A DNA stretch of 64,000 nt, taken from positions 32,001 through 96,000 of the forward strand of contig JBMFSH010000006.1 in NCBI GenBank assembly GCA_049967655.1, given 5' to 3'. Position 1 is the first letter of the stretch, and each line of letters opens with the position of its first letter. Origin of the DNA: Acidobacteriota bacterium. GTDB lineage: Bacteria > Acidobacteriota > UBA4820 > DSQY01. Position numbers and translations under genes: made by a program. The notes below the pieces were generated by a model. That model searched no databases and was not told the DNA's origin. It worked only from the letters and a program-made list of their open reading frames with translations. Positions 1 to 7,986 of the stretch are shown here, in pieces.

Positions 1-605
1 CCAAGACCGGAGCCTCCCCCAAGACCTCCTACACGAACCTCACCGTGACCATCCCCGGCGTGGTCGGCATCGACATCGAGACCGACCTGACGTGGGACTT
101 CGGCTCCTACCCGGCGGGTAAAATCAGCTCCCCTTCGCCGAACAACCTCTTCCCGCCCCCGCCCTTCAATACGGCCGCCGCCTACTGGACGCCGACGGCG
201 GCCACGACGACCTCCGGTGCGCCCGCCCCCGCTCCCACCTGGACGGCCCCTGCCGGCACCACCGGCGCGGCCGCCATCTGGATGGCCGTTTTCTGCAACA
301 TCAACACCGGCACTTTGACCTTCACCTCCACCTTGGGGAGCTGGAGTGCATCGGATCCCTTTAGCGGAACGGTGTCCGTCCAGGAGGCTGGGGATACGAG
401 CAACAACGCCTTCGGCATCGGCGGAACGTCTTGGGCTTCGCTCTCTTCTACGGCGACTTCACTGACCAAGGGCACGGCGACAGCCACCTTCAACTGGACC
501 CGCGCCGACCAGCTCTTCCAGCTCTATACGAACAACGTCGGGACGGCGACCTTCGTGCCCGGCACCTATACCAACACGGTGACCATCTCCATCGCCAAGG
601 GGTAA
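1..605 (+). CDS. Pilin-like secreted subunit 1 (5'-truncated; probable major subunit)
   Basis: Frame open from position 3 (KTGASPKTSYTNLTVTIPGVVGIDIETDLTWDFG...). Thr/Ser/Gly-rich beta protein. C-terminus PGTYTNTVTISIAKG resembles the GxYxxTV(T) last strand of Csu/SCPU/WxL-like subunits. Paralogous to 663-1358 and 7124-7807. Confidence 0.65.
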   Translation, partial: KTGASPKTSYTNLTVTIPGVVGIDIETDLTWDFGSYPAGKISSPSPNNLFPPPPFNTAAAYWTPTAATTTSGAPAPAPTWTAPAGTTGAAAIWMAVFCNINTGTLTFTSTLGSWSASDPFSGTVSVQEAGDTSNNAFGIGGTSWASLSSTATSLTKGTATATFNWTRADQLFQLYTNNVGTATFVPGTYTNTVTISIAKG

Positions 606-989
606 CGTTCATCTTCCCCCCGCCCGCGTCTCCGGGCGCGGGCGGGGGCCACGGGGGTTTGGGTGACGAGGCTTTCGGGCGTGGTAGCAGGGCTGGTTTT
701 CACGGGGGCGGTGGGGACGGCGCTCTTCGCCGCCGGCGGCGGACTGCGGACCGGCAGCTCCCCTCAGAGCTCGAAGACGACCCTCACCGTGACCATCCCC
801 GGCGTGGTCGGCATCGACATCGAGACCGACCTGACGTGGGACTTCGGCTCCTACCCGGCGGGTAAAATCAGCTCCCCTTCGCCGAACAACCTCTTCCCGC
901 CCCCGCCCTTCAATACGGCCGCCGCCTACTGGACGCCGACGGCGGCCACGACGACCTCCGGTGCGCCCGCCCCCGCTCCCACCTGGACG
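38..989 (+). repeat. Perfect 208-bp direct repeat: 38-245 = 782-989
   Basis: Read base by base; offset 744, first mismatch at 246/990. Near-identity continues to about 302/1046. Confidence 0.95.
617..648 (+). promoter_or_regulatory. GC-rich 14-bp stem-loop (c-UCCG-g tetraloop) after subunit 1
   Basis: CCCCCGCCCGCGTC-TCCG-GGCGCGGGCGGGGG with no U-tract; candidate mRNA stabiliser or attenuator. Confidence 0.6.
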
Positions 990-1358
990 CCCCCTTCCGG
1001 AGACGCCGGCGCGGCCGCCATCTGGATGGCCCTCTTCTGCAACATCGCCGGAGGAGCCAACGTCACGCTCACTGCCCAACTGGCGACGTGGCAGGGAGGC
1101 ACGCCCTTCGGGGGAGCCAATCCGGCTGTAGTTCAAACCCACCGGGACAGCCAAAACAACCCCAAGAAGGTGGGGAGGGGCAACTGGACCACGCTCAAGA
1201 ACGGCACAAACCTCAACCTCGGGCGCGGGAGCCTGGCCAAGAGCTTCCCCTGGACACGGGCCGACCAGCGCTTCTGGCTTTACACAACCAAGGTCTCGGC
1301 GTGCACCTTCAATCCCGGCACCTATACCAACACCGTGACGATCACCCTGAGCAAGTAG
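663..1358 (+). CDS. Pilin-like secreted subunit 2
   Basis: Signal peptide ending LFA|AGG; shares TLTVTIPG..WDFG, FCN, WTRAD and PGTYTNTVTITLSK motifs with subunit 1. Confidence 0.7.
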   Translation: MTRLSGVVAGLVFTGAVGTALFAAGGGLRTGSSPQSSKTTLTVTIPGVVGIDIETDLTWDFGSYPAGKISSPSPNNLFPPPPFNTAAAYWTPTAATTTSGAPAPAPTWTPPSGDAGAAAIWMALFCNIAGGANVTLTAQLATWQGGTPFGGANPAVVQTHRDSQNNPKKVGRGNWTTLKNGTNLNLGRGSLAKSFPWTRADQRFWLYTTKVSACTFNPGTYTNTVTITLSK

Positions 1359-1398
1359 GCGGAGTTTCGAATCGGGCACAAAGCCCGGCGAGGTGACC

Positions 1399-2352
1399 AT
1401 GAGAGGCGACGTGACCCTTCGAGCGGCGATCCTGGCGGCACTGGCCCTTTGTTCCGTGCCCGCCCTCGCCGTGGGCCTGCTGGCCAGCCCCGTCCAGCTC
1501 GGCCTCGTGGGCCGGCCGGGGCAGACCGTGAGCGGCGTGGTGCAGGTGAGCGCCTCCAACAACCAGGACACCCCCATCCGCGTCACCTTCGGCAACTTCA
1601 CAAAGGACGAGGAGGGACGGCTGGTGGAGCTGGCGGAGGGAGCGGAGCAGCCGCGGAGCTGCCTGGCCTGGCTGAGCGCCAGCCAGCTCACCTTCACGGC
1701 CCCGGCCCAGGGGCGGGCCTCGATCCAGGTGTCGGCCCAGATCCCCGAGGGGGTCTCGGGCAGCTACTGGGCCTTCGTGGCCTTCTCGGCCCCCCCTCCC
1801 CCCCGCAACGGGGGGGGGACGAGCCTGCTCTTCATGCCGCGCGTGATCATCCCCGTCATCGTCTCGGTGGAGGGAACCCTGGCCCCCAAGGTCCAGTTTC
1901 AAGCCACCACGGCCCGCTACGACCCCGTGCTCGGGGGCGTGGAGGCCAAGGCCATCCTCGTGAACACGGGCAACGCGGCGGTGCTCATCAACGGGGCCTT
2001 CGCGCTGGAGCAGCAGGGCCCCGGCGACACCTCGCCCAACGAGGTCGGCGAAAAGGAGGTGGGGCCGCTCACCTCCCTGCCGGGCACGCGCCTCGTGGCC
2101 AAGGGGCTGATCCCGTGGAGCGGGCCCTGGACGGGGCTACAGGTCCACTCCTACCTGCGCTACGGCCCCGAGCCCGACCAGGCGGCCGAGTCCGTGACCA
2201 GCATCGCCGACCTGCCCGCCGGAGCGGCTTCGGGCCGCCTCGCCCCTGAGGCGCCCATGCCGCCGGCCGCCAGCCAAACGCCGCCGGCCGCCGGCCAGGC
2301 CCCTCCGCCCCAGGCGCCCGCCGCGCCGTCGAAGGAGGGCGGAAAGCCATGA
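1399..2352 (+). CDS. Periplasmic pilus chaperone-like protein (PapD-like/DUF916-like two-Ig-domain)
   Basis: Signal peptide; SPVQL..PGQTVSG..V, RSCLAWL, P...GSYWA, VNTGNA motifs; Pro/Ala-rich tail. Confidence 0.6.
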   Translation: MRGDVTLRAAILAALALCSVPALAVGLLASPVQLGLVGRPGQTVSGVVQVSASNNQDTPIRVTFGNFTKDEEGRLVELAEGAEQPRSCLAWLSASQLTFTAPAQGRASIQVSAQIPEGVSGSYWAFVAFSAPPPPRNGGGTSLLFMPRVIIPVIVSVEGTLAPKVQFQATTARYDPVLGGVEAKAILVNTGNAAVLINGAFALEQQGPGDTSPNEVGEKEVGPLTSLPGTRLVAKGLIPWSGPWTGLQVHSYLRYGPEPDQAAESVTSIADLPAGAASGRLAPEAPMPPAASQTPPAAGQAPPPQAPAAPSKEGGKP

Positions 2353-3293
2353 AGCGCCGGGCCGCGGTCTTCGCCTTGTCGGTGCTCCTGCTCGCTCCCG
2401 CCGCGCTGAAGGCGGGAACGGGCGGCGCCACCCTCACGGTGACCACCGCCGCCGCGACTTTCGGGCCCCTCGATCCCTCCCTGCCCACCGCCGGCGCCCC
2501 CGTACTGCTGACGGCGCTCGTGAGCGCGGGCGAGGCCTGGAGCGTCTCCCTGCTCTACACGCCCGGCCTCTCGGCCCCGGCCAGCCTGGCCCGCCTGCGG
2601 CGCGCCCAGGCGGTGACCTCGGGCGGCGCCCTGCCGCTTCAGGTGAACGGACCGGGCGGTAGCTGGCAGCCCCTGCCGCCCGGCACGGCCGTGCCGGTGG
2701 CCTCCGGCGGCGCCACGGGGGGCCAAGCCCTTCCCCTCACCCTCATGCTCCAGGCCCAGCCCACCTTCGACCTGCCCGCCGGCGACTACGCGGGCACCCT
2801 CACCTTTCTGCTCAACGGCGCACCCGTCCAACCGACCGTGAGCCTCACGGCCCAGGTGCCTCCCGTGGCCCAGCTCAGCCCCGATCCGCGTCCCTTCACT
2901 CTCACGCGCCCGCCGGACCCGGCCCGCCCCTCGACCATCCCCTTCGAGCCGAGGCTCTACCGCATCCTGAGCAACGTCCCGTGGCAGCTCACGGCCACCC
3001 TCAAGGGCCCGCTCCAGCAGCCGGGCAGCCCTCTCGCGCTCGTCCCCGCCTCCTTCGCCTGGCAGCCGCCCTCGGGACCGGCCCAGCCCCTCCTTCCGAA
3101 CCAGCCCCTCACCGTCGCCTCGGGCCCCATGACCGGCCAGGCGGGGCAGACGGTGAGCCTCACCTTCACCTATACCGTCACGGGCCTCGTGGTGGCCGGC
3201 GACTACCAGGGGGAGATCGCGGTGGAGCTCAACCCCCTCGCCGCCTCGCCACCGGCCGCGTTCAAAAGGAAAAGCCATGCCCAGCATCCCTAA
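2349..3293 (+). CDS. Two-domain pilin-like (minor/linker) subunit
   Basis: Signal peptide; two tandem domains ending AGDYAGTLTF and AGDYQGEIAV; SNVPWQL motif; ATGA coupling to the chaperone. Confidence 0.55.
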   Translation: MKRRAAVFALSVLLLAPAALKAGTGGATLTVTTAAATFGPLDPSLPTAGAPVLLTALVSAGEAWSVSLLYTPGLSAPASLARLRRAQAVTSGGALPLQVNGPGGSWQPLPPGTAVPVASGGATGGQALPLTLMLQAQPTFDLPAGDYAGTLTFLLNGAPVQPTVSLTAQVPPVAQLSPDPRPFTLTRPPDPARPSTIPFEPRLYRILSNVPWQLTATLKGPLQQPGSPLALVPASFAWQPPSGPAQPLLPNQPLTVASGPMTGQAGQTVSLTFTYTVTGLVVAGDYQGEIAVELNPLAASPPAAFKRKSHAQHP

Positions 3294-5814
3294 CTCCCGG
3301 GTGGGCGGCAGGAGCCGCTCCCCTCTCCTCTCCCGAACGGCGCTCGCCCTCGCCTGCGCGGCGCTCCCGCTCCTCGCCGCCCTCCCCGCGGCAGGACAGG
3401 CGTGCTACCAGTCGGTGGTGCTGGGCGGGAATTCGACCGTCAGCTACAGCGCCGGCTTCGCCGTCACTGGGTCGCCGCTCTCCAACCTCAATGCCCTCGA
3501 CGGAAACTATTACCAAGCCACGAGCCTGGTGGAGACGACCAGCACCCCCTCCTTCAAGCCCATGGTCGAGAGCTGGATCGAGACCGGCTACGATACGAGC
3601 GGCAGACTCCCCCAAGTGGGGCCCGACTACTATGGCGGCGTTTTCGTTAACCCCACCAACAGCGCCATCACCGTGAGCCAAGTGGCCATAGACGGCTCCA
3701 CCACGAACCCTGCCAGCCGGCCAGCCTTCGGAGCCATCGTCGCTACCGTGGCGCCCAGCACAGGAAGCTGGAGCGCGGTGAGCACTACCCTCCTCCAGTG
3801 GACGGGCAGCCTGGTCGTTCCTCCGCACGGCGCGCAGGAATTCATCGTCCTGGCCCGCCCGAACCGCGGAAACTACACCAGCCAAACGGACGTGACGCTC
3901 AAGTTCACCGTCACCACCACGACGGGAGGGCCCTACACGGCTAGCATCCACCAGATCCAGGTCAACATCACCACGTGGGCGGCGAGCACGGTGGTCGGGT
4001 TTGATCTCACGGGCAGCAGCACCTTCACACCGCGGGCCTTCGTCTCCGGAGCGGTGGCGGGCGTTGCCCAGACCTTTTCTATTCGCGTGGCCCAGACCGA
4101 TGACAGCAACGAACACAATGAGGATAGTGCTGCTTCTGGACTGCAAGTGACCGTCACCATCCCAGCGGGGTGGTCGAACGTCTCCGTGCCCACACTGACG
4201 AAGTCTTGGTGGAATAACCCCACCATCGTCCAACCGACGGCCACGTCGAGCGGGTCCGTCAGCGCCACGACGAAGAGGGTCCTCTCGACGGGTAGTAGCA
4301 CCCCCGCCAACTCCTTCGTGATTCAGGCCACGCCCCCGAGCGCCACCGATACGACGAACCTCACGGGGCTCTATACCTTCGCCATGACCCTCAACGGCGG
4401 TGCCCAAGGAGACAATTCGCCTATCCAAGGCACAACCCAGGGGATCGTCCAGGTGAGCAACGCGGTGGACGTCCGCTTCCTCTCGCCCGCCTTCACCCTT
4501 TCGAGCCCGTTGCGCCAGCTCGCACTTCGAACGGACTTCAACGTGCTGAGCGGGGCGGAGACGGAGGCGGTGGCCGTTCAAGTCTACAACGTCGCGACCG
4601 CATCCTGGCAACTCCTCTCCACCGTGACGCCTGGAGCCACCAACACCACGGTGACCTACTCCTTCGGAGCCAATTTCAGCTCCTATTTGAACAGCTCCAA
4701 CCAGATGTTGGTACGTTACTTAGTGACGGCCCCGTCGCCCTGGCAACGCGTACGGATCGATGACCTCCTCTGGACGGTGGTCCTGGGCTTCACCGTGGAC
4801 AACTCGGTGGGCAGCGACTCAAACAGCGGCGACGTGGCCCACCCGCTGGCCACCATCGGCGCGGCCCTGAGCCGCCTCACCTCGCCCTCCCAGGCCGTCT
4901 ACGTGCAGGTGGGCAACAGCCAGAGCGGCACCCCCTACACCGCCAACCTCGTGGTGAGCGGCGCCTCCGCCGGGGGCACGCAGACCTGCCCCACGCTCAT
5001 CCAGGGGGTGGCCAACGGCAGCGGCCAGCTCCCCCTCATCCAGGGGGCCAACCCCGCTTCCGACGTGGGCTTCGACGTGGGCGGGGGGGGAGCCAACTAC
5101 GTCACCGTGGACGGCTTCCAGATTCAGAACACGCAGGTGGCCCTCTACGCCGAGCAGGGGGCTACAGGCATCACCTTCTCCCACTGCCTCGTGAGCGTTC
5201 CCGCCTCGGGTTACGGCATTCTCTTCTACGCCAACAGCGGAGCCACGGCCAAGAACAACAAGATCGACGGAAACAACAACTCGACCTTCTACGGGATCTA
5301 CGACTACGCTGGGGTGGGGACCCTTCTGGACGGCAACGTGGTGCGGCGGATGAAGAACGCCGAAGCGCTCTTCTGCACGGGCTCCTCGGGCCTCGTCCTT
5401 AGGCGCAACATCTGCCTCCAGAGCTACATGGGCATCCACCTGGCCCAGCCTGCCGGCACCGTGACGGTCTCCAACAACGACTGCGACAGCAACGCGTACC
5501 TCGGCATCTACGCCGAGCAGGTGGGCGGCACCGTCGTTTCCACCGACAACATCCTCACCTCCAACGGCGTGGGCTGGGGCTGGGACGGAAGCGGCTCGAT
5601 CGTCTCGGACTACGACGACGTCTGGAACAACAAGTCCAACTACGCCTTCCACGGGACGGTGGCCGCCGGCTCCCACAGCATCAGCGCCAACCCCCTCTTC
5701 GTGCAGGTCACCGATTGGACCCAGCCCACCTTCTACCAGCTCGGGAGCGGGAGCCCTTGCATCGGCACGGGGAACAACGTCTGCTGCGGCACCAGCATGG
5801 GAGCGGTCCAATGA
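3277..5814 (+). CDS. Large secreted adhesin-like protein with right-handed beta-helix (pectin-lyase-like) C-terminal domain
   Basis: Signal peptide; Ser/Thr-rich beta region; VDNSVGSDSNSGDVAHPLATIGAAL (DUF1565-type start of a beta-helix); parallel beta-helix repeats; SISANPLFV...YQLGSGSPCIGTG..MGA terminal motif. Confidence 0.75.
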   Translation: MPSIPNSRVGGRSRSPLLSRTALALACAALPLLAALPAAGQACYQSVVLGGNSTVSYSAGFAVTGSPLSNLNALDGNYYQATSLVETTSTPSFKPMVESWIETGYDTSGRLPQVGPDYYGGVFVNPTNSAITVSQVAIDGSTTNPASRPAFGAIVATVAPSTGSWSAVSTTLLQWTGSLVVPPHGAQEFIVLARPNRGNYTSQTDVTLKFTVTTTTGGPYTASIHQIQVNITTWAASTVVGFDLTGSSTFTPRAFVSGAVAGVAQTFSIRVAQTDDSNEHNEDSAASGLQVTVTIPAGWSNVSVPTLTKSWWNNPTIVQPTATSSGSVSATTKRVLSTGSSTPANSFVIQATPPSATDTTNLTGLYTFAMTLNGGAQGDNSPIQGTTQGIVQVSNAVDVRFLSPAFTLSSPLRQLALRTDFNVLSGAETEAVAVQVYNVATASWQLLSTVTPGATNTTVTYSFGANFSSYLNSSNQMLVRYLVTAPSPWQRVRIDDLLWTVVLGFTVDNSVGSDSNSGDVAHPLATIGAALSRLTSPSQAVYVQVGNSQSGTPYTANLVVSGASAGGTQTCPTLIQGVANGSGQLPLIQGANPASDVGFDVGGGGANYVTVDGFQIQNTQVALYAEQGATGITFSHCLVSVPASGYGILFYANSGATAKNNKIDGNNNSTFYGIYDYAGVGTLLDGNVVRRMKNAEALFCTGSSGLVLRRNICLQSYMGIHLAQPAGTVTVSNNDCDSNAYLGIYAEQVGGTVVSTDNILTSNGVGWGWDGSGSIVSDYDDVWNNKSNYAFHGTVAAGSHSISANPLFVQVTDWTQPTFYQLGSGSPCIGTGNNVCCGTSMGAVQ

Positions 5815-5831
5815 GTCGCGGGAGGTGGTTC

Positions 5832-6755
5832 ATGAACAGCGGTCGTTCCGTGGGGAAGGCGGCTCTCGCCGTGATCGTTCTGGCCCTCCCCCTGCCTTTC
5901 CTCGCCCAGCAGGCCGGATTGAACGAGGGTTTCGCCAGCTGGCCCCCACAGGGTTGGACCCTGACGGCCGCTACGGCCTGCGGGGGCTGGCAGAGCTCAT
6001 CGAGCTTGGGACTCCCCAACTACACGGGGGGGAGCGGGCCGTGCGCCATGGCGTCGAGCGCCGCTTGCGATGCCGGAGCGGACCTCTCCCTCATCAGCCC
6101 CGCCATCGCCATTGCACCGGGCGCGGCGGCGCCGACGCTGACCTTCAAACAGGACCTCTTCCTGGGCACCTACGGCAGTGACAGCGCCGAGGTGGACGTG
6201 AGCGGCGACGGCGGCCAGAGCTGGACCAGCGTGGCCTACTTCACGGGCACGGGGGGCGTCCGGGGCCCCGACATCCAGAGCATCGACCTCAGCCCCTATA
6301 TGGGGAGCACCATCCAGATCCGTTTCCACTACATGGCAGGCGGACCCGATTGGTGGTGGCAGGTGGATGACGTGGTGGTGACCGGCGGCGGCAGCCCTCC
6401 TCCTCCACCCCCGCCGCCCACCACCTACAACCTCTATTTCCAAGATGATTTTGGCCGTTCCTCCTTGTGCGCCGACAGCTCCACCGGCGCCTGGAGCTAC
6501 ACGGTGCTGAAGGGCAACGGGGCCGGGAGCAGCTTCGCGGGCCAGGGAAGCATCATCCAGGGCAACGGCTTCCTTCAGATTCGTTCACTGCCCGGAGCTT
6601 CCGCCCTCACCCTCATCGACTACACCACGGCGCATCGAGCCACGGCCACCTTCGTGAACCGTTCCAACGCCATCGCCTCCAGCCTGTACGACTCGAACAC
6701 CCAGGACGACGGTCCCCCCGCTTGCGGATCGGGGGCCAATTCGGTTCACGGCTAA
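5832..6755 (+). CDS. Secreted protein: jelly-roll (MAM/cleaved-adhesin/InhA-like) domain + poly-Pro linker + C-terminal beta domain
   Basis: GGAGGT RBS; NEGF..WPPQGWT, LISPAI, VDVSGDGGQSWT, IQIRFHY, WWWQVDDV motifs; PPPPPPPP linker. Confidence 0.7.
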   Translation: MNSGRSVGKAALAVIVLALPLPFLAQQAGLNEGFASWPPQGWTLTAATACGGWQSSSSLGLPNYTGGSGPCAMASSAACDAGADLSLISPAIAIAPGAAAPTLTFKQDLFLGTYGSDSAEVDVSGDGGQSWTSVAYFTGTGGVRGPDIQSIDLSPYMGSTIQIRFHYMAGGPDWWWQVDDVVVTGGGSPPPPPPPPTTYNLYFQDDFGRSSLCADSSTGAWSYTVLKGNGAGSSFAGQGSIIQGNGFLQIRSLPGASALTLIDYTTAHRATATFVNRSNAIASSLYDSNTQDDGPPACGSGANSVHG

Positions 6756-6780
6756 CCAAGAAACCAGAAGAACGATGGAG

Positions 6781-6813
6781 AAGGCGGACGCTCTCAAGGG
6801 GCGTCCGCCTTTT
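6781..6813 (+). terminator. Rho-independent terminator of the fibre operon
   Basis: AAGGCGGACGC-loop-GCGTCCGCCTTTT. Confidence 0.8.
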
Positions 6814-7027
6814 GCTGGCCTGAACTTCCCTCTCCGGCCTTCCTCCTGTCCACTGCCTGCCCGCCCTCCCTTCCTGCCTGCTCGCCGAGTCAGCTCCTTC
6901 GCGAACTCTTCTCAATCTCAAAAGTGAGACCGCCCTCCCGCTCACTTCTCACATCCTAGACAATTGTGGGTTCACTCCAATTGGACTTTTTTCCATATTT
7001 TGCATACGAGTAACGCGATATTGTTCA

Positions 7028-7118
7028 CTCTCCGCCGACAAGGCATGGGAGTTGCCTTAAGAGAAGCGGCGCCCTTCTTCCAAAGGCGTCGCTTGCCGGC
7101 ACTTGGTCGGCTGGAGGG
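7028..7118 (+). promoter_or_regulatory. Candidate structured 5' leader sequestering the RBS of subunit 3
   Basis: 7028-7039 pairs with 7106-7118 (includes GGAGGG); two internal hairpins. Confidence 0.4.
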
Positions 7119-7123
7119 AAACG

Positions 7124-7807
7124 ATGAGCGACCGAAGAAAGAGGACCTACACCGCCGGCTTGGCGTTGCTTTTTGTCAGCTGCACCTTCGGTCTCTTTGC
7201 CGCTGGCGGACTGAGCACATCTCCCGACCGGGCGCACAGCTCCACCACCCTCACCGTGACGATCCCTGGAATCGTCGCAGTGGATGTGGAGGGCGAGCTC
7301 GCCTTCGATCTGGGCTCCGCCGGTTCCAATCGGAGCGAGCGGCAAGCCCAAGGGGGAGAGGTCAGAAACGTCTTCCCCCCTCCACCGAACTATCACGGTC
7401 CCCTCGTCTTCGACGCTTCGAACACGCGCATCGAATCGGCCCTGGCCGCCGCGCCGCCCGCTTCCGGAAGCCTCGCCGTGGCGATCTTCTGCAACAAGGA
7501 GCACGGAAACCTCCAAATCCAGGCCGCCGTGGGCCCCACCTGGTCCCCGGCAAGCGGCCCGGGATTCCCCACCAGCGCCATCCGAATCCGGCAGAGCTCG
7601 GAAAACAACCCGTACGGCGTGGGCGGAGCGCAACCCGTCCACCTCTCCAGCGCGTTGACCCCCCTGAGTCTGGGCACCCTACCCAACCGCTTCGCGTGGA
7701 CCCGTATGGACCTGCACTTTGACATCGAACTGCCCGATGCCTCCAAGGTGCTGCCCCGTCCCGGTACCTACACTACGGTCATCACGCTGACGGTGACCAA
7801 GTCTTAG
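7124..7807 (+). CDS. Pilin-like secreted subunit 3 (divergent paralog)
   Basis: GGAGGG RBS; LFA|AGG signal; TLTVTIPGIVAVDVEGELAFDLG, FPPPP, FCN, WTRMD and PGTYTTVITLTVTKS motifs. Confidence 0.7.
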   Translation: MSDRRKRTYTAGLALLFVSCTFGLFAAGGLSTSPDRAHSSTTLTVTIPGIVAVDVEGELAFDLGSAGSNRSERQAQGGEVRNVFPPPPNYHGPLVFDASNTRIESALAAAPPASGSLAVAIFCNKEHGNLQIQAAVGPTWSPASGPGFPTSAIRIRQSSENNPYGVGGAQPVHLSSALTPLSLGTLPNRFAWTRMDLHFDIELPDASKVLPRPGTYTTVITLTVTKS

Positions 7808-7986
7808 GGCGGCCATCGAAGGAGGGATTCCCGGTTTCGAGGGGCACCCCTAGCCTCCAAGCGAGGGGCGGTGCGCATGGATAACCTTACCGCGATCCAA
7901 GATCGTAAAGGTGGGTGTCACCTGACTTCGGGATGGCGGGCGGATTGGGCGGTGAAGAGCGATAGGAGCGGACCGGTGCGCTATCG

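Noticed and set aside
38..989. Repeat pair as DGR template/variable repeat
   Set aside because: The copies are identical rather than differing at adenines, both are coding, and no reverse transcriptase is in the window.
1..1358. Type IV pilins or sortase pilins
   Set aside because: No G|FxxxE prepilin motif and no LPxTG or C-terminal membrane anchor.
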